A DNA stretch of 64,000 nucleotides from an uncultured Clostridia bacterium (lineage in GTDB: Bacteria > Bacillota > Clostridia > TANB77 > CAG-508). The stretch is taken from positions 3,942-67,941 of the forward strand of contig CAKPGC010000006.1 in assembly GCA_934154445.1 (NCBI GenBank). The letters run 5' to 3'. A model generated the notes under the pieces. That model worked only from the letters and a program-made list of their open reading frames with translations, searched no databases and was not told the origin of the DNA. Made by a program: the position numbers and the translations under genes. Numbering within the stretch: position 1 is the first letter of the stretch; every line of letters starts with the position of its first letter. This document shows, piece by piece, positions 29,586-37,291 of this stretch.

Positions 29586-29870
29586 CAAATTAAATAATAA
29601 AGACAAAAGTGAGGACAACATAAATTATATAATATCTTTAAGAGAGCCAAAGAAAGCTGAGAATTTGGTAAGTAAAAATAATTTATTATCACCTGACTAG
29701 TTTTTAAACCGAAAACTTTTATCAAGAAGAAAAGTAAGTTTAAACGTAAATCTGCGTTAAAGATATAAATAAGAGAGTAATTAAGTAAAATATAAATAAA
29801 TTACTAAATTAGGTGGTACCGCGGAAAGAATCCATTTCGTCCTAAATAAAGGAAGGAATGGATTTTTTAT
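29586..29870 (+). promoter_or_regulatory. T-box riboswitch leader, Ile specifier (AUC)
   Basis: AGAGAG and GCTGAGA Stem I elements, AUC-A at 29688-29691, T-box sequence AAATTAGGTGGTACCGCGG at 29806-29824, terminator AATCCATT...AATGGATT plus T6 at 29829-29868. Confidence 0.85.
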
Positions 29871-29922
29871 ATTTTTAATTAAAATAAAATATTTAATCAT
29901 TTAAATACAAAAAAGAAAAGAG

Positions 29923-30189
29923 ATGAATATTATGCAAGAATTAAAAATTAATGGAATTTATAAACATTTTAAAGGCGATTATTATTTAGTAGAAGGAATA
30001 GTAAAAAACTCAGAAACACAAGAAGAAATGGTACTATATAGAAGGTTATATGAAGATGGAAGTTTATGGGTAAGACCAAAAGAAATGTTTCTATCAGAAG
30101 TAGACCACGAAAAGTATCCAAATGTAAAGCAAAAATACAGATTTGAATTACAAAATATTGAAAGTGTTGCAAAAAAATTTAGAAAATAA
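29923..30189 (+). CDS. DUF1653 domain protein
   Basis: [11 protein letters not shown]...[14 protein letters not shown]...LWVRPKEMF...RF matches my recollection of DUF1653. Confidence 0.65.
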   Translation: MNIMQELKINGIYKHFKGDYYLVEGIVKNSETQEEMVLYRRLYEDGSLWVRPKEMFLSEVDHEKYPNVKQKYRFELQNIESVAKKFRK

Positions 30190-30204
30190 AAAGGAGGAAT
30201 TTTT

Positions 30205-33200
30205 ATGTACAAAAAAGTAGAATTAAAAGACGGATTTGTAGGAATGGAAAGAGAAGTTGCAGAGAATTGGAAGAAAAAAAATATTATTAAGAAGAATTTT
30301 GATATGAATAAAGGTAAAAGATATTTTACCTTTTATGATGGACCACCAACAGCAAATGGAAAACCACATGTTGGACACATCGAAACAAGAGTTATGAAAG
30401 ATATAATTCCAAGATATAAAGTAATGAAAGGATATCAAGTTATTAGAAAGGCTGGATGGGATACACATGGACTACCAGTTGAACTTGAAATTGAGAAAAA
30501 ACTTGGTATTTCTGGAAAACAACAAATTGAGGAATATGGTGTAGAAAAATTTGTTAAAGAATGTAAAGAAAGTGTTTTCACGTATGTTCAGATGTGGGAA
30601 GAAATGACAAACAAAGTTGGATATTGGGTTGATATGGAACATCCGTATGTAACATACCACAATGACTACATTGAATCTGTATGGTGGGCTTTAAGTGAAT
30701 TATGGAAAAAAGGACTTTTATATGAAGGACATAAAGTAATGCCATATTGTCCAAGATGTGGAACAGCATTATCTTCACATGAAGTAGCACAAGGTTATAA
30801 AGACGTTAAAGATTTAACTTGCATTGCCAAATTTAAAGTTTTAGATAAAGAAAATACATATATCTTAGCTTGGACAACAACTCCATGGACATTACCTTCA
30901 AACTTAGCATTATGTGTAAATAAATCATATACATATTCAGAAGTAAAAGCAAATATAGGAACAGATGATGAACCAAAATATGAAAATTATATATTAGCAA
31001 AGGATTTAATTGAAACAGTTTTAAAAGAAACACCTTATGAAATAGTAAAAGAATTTAAAGGAGAAGAACTATTAGGAACAAAATATGAACAATTAATGCC
31101 TTATGCTAAAGTTGATGGAAAAGCATTTGAAGTAATCCATGGTGATTATGTAACACTAACAGATGGTACTGGAATTGTACATATTGCACCAGCTTATGGT
31201 GAAGATGACAGTTTAGTTGCTAAACAAAATGGAATTGCATTTGTGAATTTAGTAGACAAAACAGGAAAATTTGTACCAGAAGTAGAACCATGGGCAGGTA
31301 GATTTGTTAGAGACTGTAACGAAGAGATTTGTAAATGGTTAGCAGATGAAAATAAATTATTCAGCAAAGAAAAACATTTACACTCATATCCACATTGTTG
31401 GAGATGTGATACACCACTTCTTTATTATCCAAAAGAAAGTTGGTTTGTAGCTATGAGTAAGTTAAGAGACGAACTAGTAGCAAATAACAACAAAGTAAAT
31501 TGGTATCCTGATACAATTAGAACAGGAAGATTTGGAAAATTCCTAGAAAATGTAATTGACTGGGGAATTTCAAGAGATAGATATTGGGGAACACCTCTTC
31601 CAATTTGGACTTGTGAGGATGAAAATTGTGGTCATCAAGAATGTATAGGAAGTATTGCAGAATTAAAAGAAAAAGCAATAGACTGTCCAGAAGATATAGA
31701 ATTACACAAGCCATATATTGATAATGTACATTTAAAATGCCCTAAATGTGGCAAAAAGATGACAAGAGCAAAAGAAGTAATAGATTGCTGGTTTGATTCA
31801 GGATCAATGCCTTTTGCACAATTGCATTACCCATTTGAGAATAAAGAGTTATTCGAAGAAAACTTCCCAGCACAATTTATTTCAGAAGCAATTGATCAAA
31901 CAAGAGGATGGTTCTATACTTTAACAGCTTTAGGAACAGCTCTATTTGGAAGAACACCATTCGAAAACTGTATAGTTTTAGGACACGTTTTAGATTCAAA
32001 AGGTCAAAAAATGTCTAAATCAAAAGGAAATGGTGTAGACCCAATGTTGCTATTAAATGAAGTTGGAGCAGATGCAACAAGATGGCATTTCTATACATGT
32101 AGTGCACCATGGTTACCAACAAGATTAGGATTGGAAAATGTACAAGAAACACAAAGAGGATTTTTAAGCACATTATGGAATATATACTCATTCTATGTTC
32201 TATATGCAGAAATAGACAAATTCAACCCATTAAATTATACAGATTTTAAAGTTACAAATGTAATGGATAAATGGATAATATCTAAGTTAAATACTTTAAT
32301 AAAAGAAGTAGATGAAAAACTAGATAAATATGATATAACATCAGCAGCACTTCAAATAGAAGCTTTCACAGATGAACTATCAAATTGGTATGTACGTAGA
32401 AATAGAGAAAGATTTTGGAGCCAAGAATTAACAGATGATAAGATAGGAGCTTATGTAACACTACACGAAGTATTGGTAAAACTTGCAAAAATATCAGCAC
32501 CATTTATACCTTTTATGGCAGATGAAATTTATCAAAACTTAGTAGTAGGACTAGATAACACAGCACCAGAAAGTGTTCATTTATGTACATGGCCAGAATA
32601 TAATGCTTCAGCCGTTGACAAAAAATTAGAACAAGAAATGGATTTAGCATACACAATAGTAAAACTAGGAAGAAGCGCAAGAAACTCTGTAAATATCAAA
32701 AACAGACAACCATTATCAGAAATGTTAATATCAATAGATACTTTACCTGAATATTATGAAGATATAGTAAAAGAAGAGTTGAATGTTAAAAAGGTAGAAC
32801 TAGGAGCAGAAATGTCTGACTACGTAAACTTTGAAATCAAGCCAAATTTACCAGTTTTAGGAAAAGAATATGGAAAATTGATTCCTAGAATAAAAGAAGA
32901 AATAGCTAAGAAAAATCAAATGGATTTGGCAAATACTGTAAAAAATGGCGGAGTAGAATACATTGAAATAGATGACATACAAATAGGATTAAATTCAGAA
33001 AATTTACTTATAACAATGAACGGAAAAGAAGGATTTGCATTTGCAGGTGAGGGTGAAATAGGTGTTGTATTAGATACACATATTACACAAGAACTAAAAG
33101 AAGAAGGATATGTAAGAGAAATATTATCAAAAGTTCAAAATATGAGAAAAGACAAAGGATTTGAAGTACTAGATAAAATTAATCTTTATGTATCTGGAAA

Positions 33201-33354
33201 TAAAATACTAGAAAATGTAATTAAACAAAATGAAGACATAATTAAACATGACACATTAGCTTTAGACATTATTTATGATGTAGAAAGAACGGAATATACA
33301 GAAACAAATATTAATGGAGAAAATTTAAAACTAGATGTTGAAGTCATAAAATAA
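30205..33354 (+). CDS. ileS: isoleucine--tRNA ligase, type 2 (long, eukaryote-like form)
   Basis: [18 protein letters not shown] (HIGH), KMSKSKGN (KMSKS), 1049 aa. Confidence 0.95.
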   Translation: MYKKVELKDGFVGMEREVAENWKKKNIIKKNFDMNKGKRYFTFYDGPPTANGKPHVGHIETRVMKDIIPRYKVMKGYQVIRKAGWDTHGLPVELEIEKKLGISGKQQIEEYGVEKFVKECKESVFTYVQMWEEMTNKVGYWVDMEHPYVTYHNDYIESVWWALSELWKKGLLYEGHKVMPYCPRCGTALSSHEVAQGYKDVKDLTCIAKFKVLDKENTYILAWTTTPWTLPSNLALCVNKSYTYSEVKANIGTDDEPKYENYILAKDLIETVLKETPYEIVKEFKGEELLGTKYEQLMPYAKVDGKAFEVIHGDYVTLTDGTGIVHIAPAYGEDDSLVAKQNGIAFVNLVDKTGKFVPEVEPWAGRFVRDCNEEICKWLADENKLFSKEKHLHSYPHCWRCDTPLLYYPKESWFVAMSKLRDELVANNNKVNWYPDTIRTGRFGKFLENVIDWGISRDRYWGTPLPIWTCEDENCGHQECIGSIAELKEKAIDCPEDIELHKPYIDNVHLKCPKCGKKMTRAKEVIDCWFDSGSMPFAQLHYPFENKELFEENFPAQFISEAIDQTRGWFYTLTALGTALFGRTPFENCIVLGHVLDSKGQKMSKSKGNGVDPMLLLNEVGADATRWHFYTCSAPWLPTRLGLENVQETQRGFLSTLWNIYSFYVLYAEIDKFNPLNYTDFKVTNVMDKWIISKLNTLIKEVDEKLDKYDITSAALQIEAFTDELSNWYVRRNRERFWSQELTDDKIGAYVTLHEVLVKLAKISAPFIPFMADEIYQNLVVGLDNTAPESVHLCTWPEYNASAVDKKLEQEMDLAYTIVKLGRSARNSVNIKNRQPLSEMLISIDTLPEYYEDIVKEELNVKKVELGAEMSDYVNFEIKPNLPVLGKEYGKLIPRIKEEIAKKNQMDLANTVKNGGVEYIEIDDIQIGLNSENLLITMNGKEGFAFAGEGEIGVVLDTHITQELKEEGYVREILSKVQNMRKDKGFEVLDKINLYVSGNKILENVIKQNEDIIKHDTLALDIIYDVERTEYTETNINGENLKLDVEVIK

Positions 33355-33362
33355 AAAAAGGT

Positions 33363-33395
33363 GGGATTTTAAGATAATACTTAAAATCCCTTTTC
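33363..33395 (+). terminator. intrinsic terminator after ileS
   Basis: GGGATTTTAAG / CTTAAAATCCC perfect 11-bp stem, then TTTT. Confidence 0.7.
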
Positions 33396-33482
33396 TATTA
33401 AAGTTTCTTTAAAATTTCTGGTTGCAATAATTACTTAAATATGCTAAAATCATATTTGTGATAAAGTTTTTTTGGAGGATAT

Positions 33483-34034
33483 ATGGAAGAAGAAGTTGTA
33501 GAAAAGAAAAGATTAAATGAAAATCAAAAAACTGTATTATACTTTTTCATCTATTCATTTTTGGGATGGATATTAGAAACAATATTTTGCTTAGTAACAT
33601 TAGGTGTATTTACCAAAAGAGGTTTTTTATATGGACCAGTATGCCCAATGTATGGATTTGCAGCAGTTGGAATGATTCAATTATTAAAAAATGTAAAGAC
33701 CAATACACTTGGAAAATTTGGAATTTGTATGATTGTTTTTACAGTATTTGAATATATTGTAGCAGTTTTATTAGAAAGCTTATTTGGATTAAGATGGTGG
33801 GATTATTCAAATGAGGTACTAAATTTTCAAGGAAGAGTAAGTTTACCATATTCAATTGCATGGGGAATTGTAGGCGTAATATTTGTAGATAAAATACATC
33901 CTACTGTAAAAAGAAAAACTCAAAAAATTGAAGAGCAAATTCCAAATAAAATATTAGTTGCCTTTATGTATACATCAATTGCTATAATATTAATTGATTT
34001 TATTGCATCAATAATAAAATATGCTAATTTGTAG
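33483..34034 (+). CDS. polytopic membrane protein (putative ABC-transporter type IV / CmpB-like family)
   Basis: GFLYGPVCPMYGFAAV and RWWDYS motifs, 4-5 TM. Confidence 0.55.
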   Translation: MEEEVVEKKRLNENQKTVLYFFIYSFLGWILETIFCLVTLGVFTKRGFLYGPVCPMYGFAAVGMIQLLKNVKTNTLGKFGICMIVFTVFEYIVAVLLESLFGLRWWDYSNEVLNFQGRVSLPYSIAWGIVGVIFVDKIHPTVKRKTQKIEEQIPNKILVAFMYTSIAIILIDFIASIIKYANL

Positions 34035-34052
34035 TAAAAGCAAGAGGAATAT

Positions 34053-34128
34053 GCCAATATAGCTCAGTTGGTAGAGCAACGGATTCGTAACCCGTAGGTC
34101 AGCAGTTCGATTCTGCTTATTGGCTCCA
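34053..34128 (+). tRNA. tRNA-Thr (anticodon CGU)
   Basis: Hand-folded cloverleaf: acceptor GCCAATA/TATTGGC, D arm GCTC/GAGC, anticodon loop TTCGTAA, T arm AGCAG-TTCGATT-CTGCT, encoded CCA; one A-C mismatch closes the anticodon stem. Confidence 0.85.
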
Positions 34129-34131
34129 AAA
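34118..34131 (+). repeat. direct repeat copy 1 (TATTGGCTCCAAAA, tRNA-Thr 3' end), att-like
   Basis: Identical 14-mer recurs at 36321-36334; CTGCT also precedes both copies (3-nt indel in copy 2). Confidence 0.8.
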
Positions 34132-34200
34132 TGCATTTTCGTCGAACTACTTAAAAATATTGATAGCATTTGTAAATTCTAAAAATATAAATATGTGTTT

Positions 34201-34242
34201 ATAAAGCTATAACGAGCTGATTGAGTGTTCAATCAGCTCGTT
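34201..34242 (-). terminator. terminator of islet gene A
   Basis: Perfect 14-bp stem AACGAGCTGATTGA / TCAATCAGCTCGTT with a 4-nt loop. Confidence 0.65.
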
Positions 34243-34259
34243 AATACTTTGCAATTGTA

Positions 34260-34811
34260 TCAGAACGGTCTTAAGAGGTCCAAAAGCTTAAACAGCATGA
34301 AATCTCTTCCTTTATTCCAAAATTCAATGCAAAAATCCTGTACGTCTTCGCCATAAAATTTCAGTTCAGGATACAAGAATTCTTTCGGCATTCCCTCCAT
34401 CTTGATAAAATACAACCTCGGGTCAGCCAGGTAATACCATCTGAACCATTTAGCAAATGAGAGCAATTTCTTATCGCAGAAATCATGATCTTTCACATGA
34501 ACAGATACTTCCCAACACATTTCATCATCCCAGTTATTATATGAGAAAAAGACGATAGTAAAGAAGTTATTATCTATTACATACTTAGGTTTTCTCGTAC
34601 TATGGTCTTTTAAAACCATAGGAAATGGTATAGATGTTTTGAACTGTGTGCGCTGGTTGTAGAACATCGGATAAATGACGTTTTGCAGGAAATCCTGCTC
34701 CTGATAAGAAACATACTGATGATGTTCTTCGGAGTTTTTGAACTGCTGTGTTGCAACCCAATCATAGTATTCCATGATGCTCAGTGGACTTTCTTTCTTC
34801 TTCCGAGACAT
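34260..34811 (-). CDS. islet orphan protein A, 183 aa, aromatic-rich, no domain recognised
   Basis: AAGGAGGT RBS 8 nt before ATG; own promoter and terminator; no TM or signal peptide. Confidence 0.75.
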   Translation of the reverse strand: MSRKKKESPLSIMEYYDWVATQQFKNSEEHHQYVSYQEQDFLQNVIYPMFYNQRTQFKTSIPFPMVLKDHSTRKPKYVIDNNFFTIVFFSYNNWDDEMCWEVSVHVKDHDFCDKKLLSFAKWFRWYYLADPRLYFIKMEGMPKEFLYPELKFYGEDVQDFCIEFWNKGRDFMLFKLLDLLRPF

Positions 34812-34834
34812 ACTTGCTTACCTCCTTGAATTTT

Positions 34835-34857
34835 CTTGGAGGTCAGAAACCTCCAAG
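34835..34857 (-). promoter_or_regulatory. 5' UTR hairpin with decoy SD / anti-SD arms upstream of gene A
   Basis: mRNA CUUGGAGGU-UUCUG-ACCUCCAAG lies 7 nt upstream of the true SD AAGGAGGU. Confidence 0.4.
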
Positions 34858-34896
34858 TTGTGTGGCTTATTGGTTTCTAAACAATGCTACATTTAT

Positions 34897-34925
34897 ATTT
34901 TATTATAATTTACATAAAATGTCAA
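34897..34925 (-). promoter_or_regulatory. candidate promoter of islet gene A
   Basis: On minus strand: TTGACA, 17-nt spacer, TAAAAT. Confidence 0.45.
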
Positions 34926-34981
34926 TTTTTTTCTGAAATTACTTTCTTTTTTATTCATTTGGCAAAAATAAAGCATTATTA

Positions 34982-35010
34982 TTGAAAAATTATGTAAAAC
35001 ATGATAATAT
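34982..35010 (+). promoter_or_regulatory. candidate promoter of islet gene B
   Basis: TTGAAA, 17-nt spacer, TG-n-TAATAT; back-to-back with the gene A promoter. Confidence 0.45.
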
Positions 35011-35137
35011 ATTATAAAATATAGCAAATTGCTGTGTTATTATCTTTTTTCACTAAATAGTGAGAGAAAATATTTCTCTGGCTTTTAGTTTTACATATAG
35101 TAAGTTATCAACAACAAAGCATTAAGGAGGAAAAAAT

Positions 35138-36052
35138 ATGCTTGAAAAAATTCTAACCAAAATGACTAAAGTTGTATATCCTAAACGGGATATAAATGTA
35201 GAAAAAATTGGAGGTCGATTCTTTCTTCATCCACATGATACAACTGGTTGCAACAACTATCTACTAGAAGGAACATACTCGTATGATGAAGTTGTGAAGT
35301 TGAATGATTTGACAACTTATTGTGCAGGTTTTGGATTTTGTTCAGAACTGGGACCAATTGCTTTTATAGGAATTCCTAATTCTGTATGTGCACAGAGCAG
35401 TGGATATTTCGAATATAAAGTGCATGCATACGGAACCCCTTCCGATAGGAGCGAGTACTATTTCAAAGCATACACTGAGGAGGTAGCAAAGAATATCAAG
35501 AATTATACTGTGTATGGTTTAGACGGACTCAGAGAAGTTGCAAAAGTAGCTCCTATAAGCCAGATATCCTATGTCTATGATTCTAGATTTAAGGCTAAAA
35601 CAGCTAAAAATCCAAGAATATTTGATATGGACTGTAAGTTGAAAGGAGTTTATAGTTACAATCAAGCTAAACTACTTTCAACTGGAACTCTCAAAGAAAA
35701 AGATGGTTATTCAGGAGAAGAACACCCTATTGCTTTTGCAGTTGTAGGAAATGGCCAGCATGTAGGAATTATTAACATTGCGGCTTCTGAAAAACTGGTA
35801 CGTGGTTTTAGAGATGTTTGGGAATATGGTGCTGAAGAGCCTGAAACTCAAACAATTAGCTTTCTTACTAAAGAGGAAGCATCTAAAATCAAAGATTTTA
35901 CATTGTATGTCTATATGAATGCTTGTTCAGGAATAGGTAGAGACAAATATCCAATCGAAAAACAGGATAGAACTCTTGATAAGAGATTCAAATTCCAGTT
36001 AGCTGATGGAAGTGATTATCGTCTAATCGAGCATACAGAATTGTTCAAGTAA
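35138..36052 (+). CDS. islet orphan protein B, 304 aa, internally duplicated ~130-aa domain, no family recognised
   Basis: AAGGAGG RBS 7 nt before ATG; two halves share G-x-YSY, x22-23, PIAF, x38-43, T-x-EE-x-x-K-IK-x-[YF]T-x-Y. Confidence 0.75.
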   Translation: MLEKILTKMTKVVYPKRDINVEKIGGRFFLHPHDTTGCNNYLLEGTYSYDEVVKLNDLTTYCAGFGFCSELGPIAFIGIPNSVCAQSSGYFEYKVHAYGTPSDRSEYYFKAYTEEVAKNIKNYTVYGLDGLREVAKVAPISQISYVYDSRFKAKTAKNPRIFDMDCKLKGVYSYNQAKLLSTGTLKEKDGYSGEEHPIAFAVVGNGQHVGIINIAASEKLVRGFRDVWEYGAEEPETQTISFLTKEEASKIKDFTLYVYMNACSGIGRDKYPIEKQDRTLDKRFKFQLADGSDYRLIEHTELFK

Positions 36053-36063
36053 TTAAAAATGAG

Positions 36064-36100
36064 TGGGTTGCAAATATAGAATGCAATCCATTTGTTTTTT
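36064..36100 (+). terminator. terminator of islet gene B
   Basis: TGGGTTGCA / TGCAATCCA 9-bp stem (one G-U pair) followed by TTTGTTTTTT. Confidence 0.65.
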
Positions 36101-36320
36101 CAATTATAAATAATTTTAATATAGAAAAAGCATATAAAATTTATGAAGAAAATTGTTAGTGAATATAACACAATTACAAAAGAGGAATTTGTATTTAATA
36201 ACGATTCTTATTATTAAGATATTGATAATTTATAAAAAATATGTTAAAGTAGATACAATAGATCAAGTTATATAAGAGAGCTTGAAACAGAGTATGTATT
36301 TTTTTCGCATACCTGCTCCA

Positions 36321-36334
36321 TATTGGCTCCAAAA
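36321..36334 (+). repeat. direct repeat copy 2 (TATTGGCTCCAAAA), att-like
   Basis: Identical to 34118-34131; sits 25 nt upstream of the ftsY start. Confidence 0.8.
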
Positions 36335-36358
36335 ACAATATGATTAAGGAGGAAAACA

Positions 36359-37264
36359 ATGGGATTTTTTGACAAATTAAAAACAGGACTAAACAAAACC
36401 AAAATATCATTCGATGAAAAAATAAATGATGTATTTAGTAACTTTAGAAAAGTTGACGAGGAATTTTTAGACGAACTAGAAGAAGTATTAATAATGTCAG
36501 ACATAGGAATGGAAACATCAATAAAAATAATATCAAGTTTAAGAGAAAGAATAAAAAAAGAGAATATAAAAGATGAAGAAGATGTAAAACAAGTACTAAG
36601 AGAAGAAATGCAAAAAATATTAGATATAACAGACATTAACTTACATTTAAATACAAAACCATCTGTAATCCTTGTTGTGGGAGTAAATGGAGTTGGAAAA
36701 ACAACATCAATAGGAAAAATGGCAAATAGATTAGCTAAGGATGGTAAAAAAGTTGTAGTGGCAGCAGCTGACACATTCAGAGCAGCAGCAGTTGAACAAT
36801 TAGAAATATGGGCAAAAAGAGCAGGTGCAGATATTGTAAAGAGAGAAGAGGGAGTTGACCCTGCATCAGTTGTATTTGATGCCATTAAAAAGACAAAAGA
36901 AAATGGAGCAGACATATTAATAGTTGATACAGCAGGAAGACTTCACAACAAAAAGTACCTAATGGATGAATTAAATAAAATACAAAAGGTAATAAACAAA
37001 GAAATGCCAGATTCAGATAAAGAAGTATTGCTAGTTATAGATGGAACAACAGGACAAAATGCTATACAACAAGTAAAAGCATTCAAACAAGAAGCGGATA
37101 TTACTGGAATAGTACTCACTAAGTTGGATGGTACTGCCAAAGGTGGAGTGGTTGTTGGAATAGTTGAAGAAAATAAAATTCCTGTAAAATTCATTGGAGT
37201 TGGAGAACAAATAGACGATATGGAAATATTTAATTCGGAAGAATTTGTAAAAGCAATAATTTAA
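36359..37264 (+). CDS. ftsY: signal recognition particle receptor FtsY
   Basis: GVNGVGKTTSIGK, DTAGR, TKLDGTAKGG SRP-GTPase motifs. Confidence 0.9.
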   Translation: MGFFDKLKTGLNKTKISFDEKINDVFSNFRKVDEEFLDELEEVLIMSDIGMETSIKIISSLRERIKKENIKDEEDVKQVLREEMQKILDITDINLHLNTKPSVILVVGVNGVGKTTSIGKMANRLAKDGKKVVVAAADTFRAAAVEQLEIWAKRAGADIVKREEGVDPASVVFDAIKKTKENGADILIVDTAGRLHNKKYLMDELNKIQKVINKEMPDSDKEVLLVIDGTTGQNAIQQVKAFKQEADITGIVLTKLDGTAKGGVVVGIVEENKIPVKFIGVGEQIDDMEIFNSEEFVKAII

Positions 37265-37291
37265 CAATAGGATTTGAGCAAGGAGGTAGAA

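Larger units (their letters stand above)
34132..36320. mobile_element. ~2.2 kb integrase-less genomic islet inserted at the tRNA-Thr 3' end
   Basis: Bounded by the 14-nt direct repeat; higher G+C by hand count; uses CGG Arg codons; carries its own promoters and terminators; no recombinase gene inside. Confidence 0.55.

Noticed and set aside
34132-36320. Complete integrative element (phage, ICE or IME) at the tRNA
   Set aside because: No integrase, excisionase, relaxase or replication gene lies between the direct repeats. The interval is only ~2.2 kb. I therefore call it an islet or remnant rather than an autonomous mobile element.
36268-36915. 215-aa minus-strand ORF overlapping ftsY
   Set aside because: It lies antisense to a gene with clear SRP-GTPase motifs. 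The sequence is low-complexity (S/T/F/A-rich) and has no start context.
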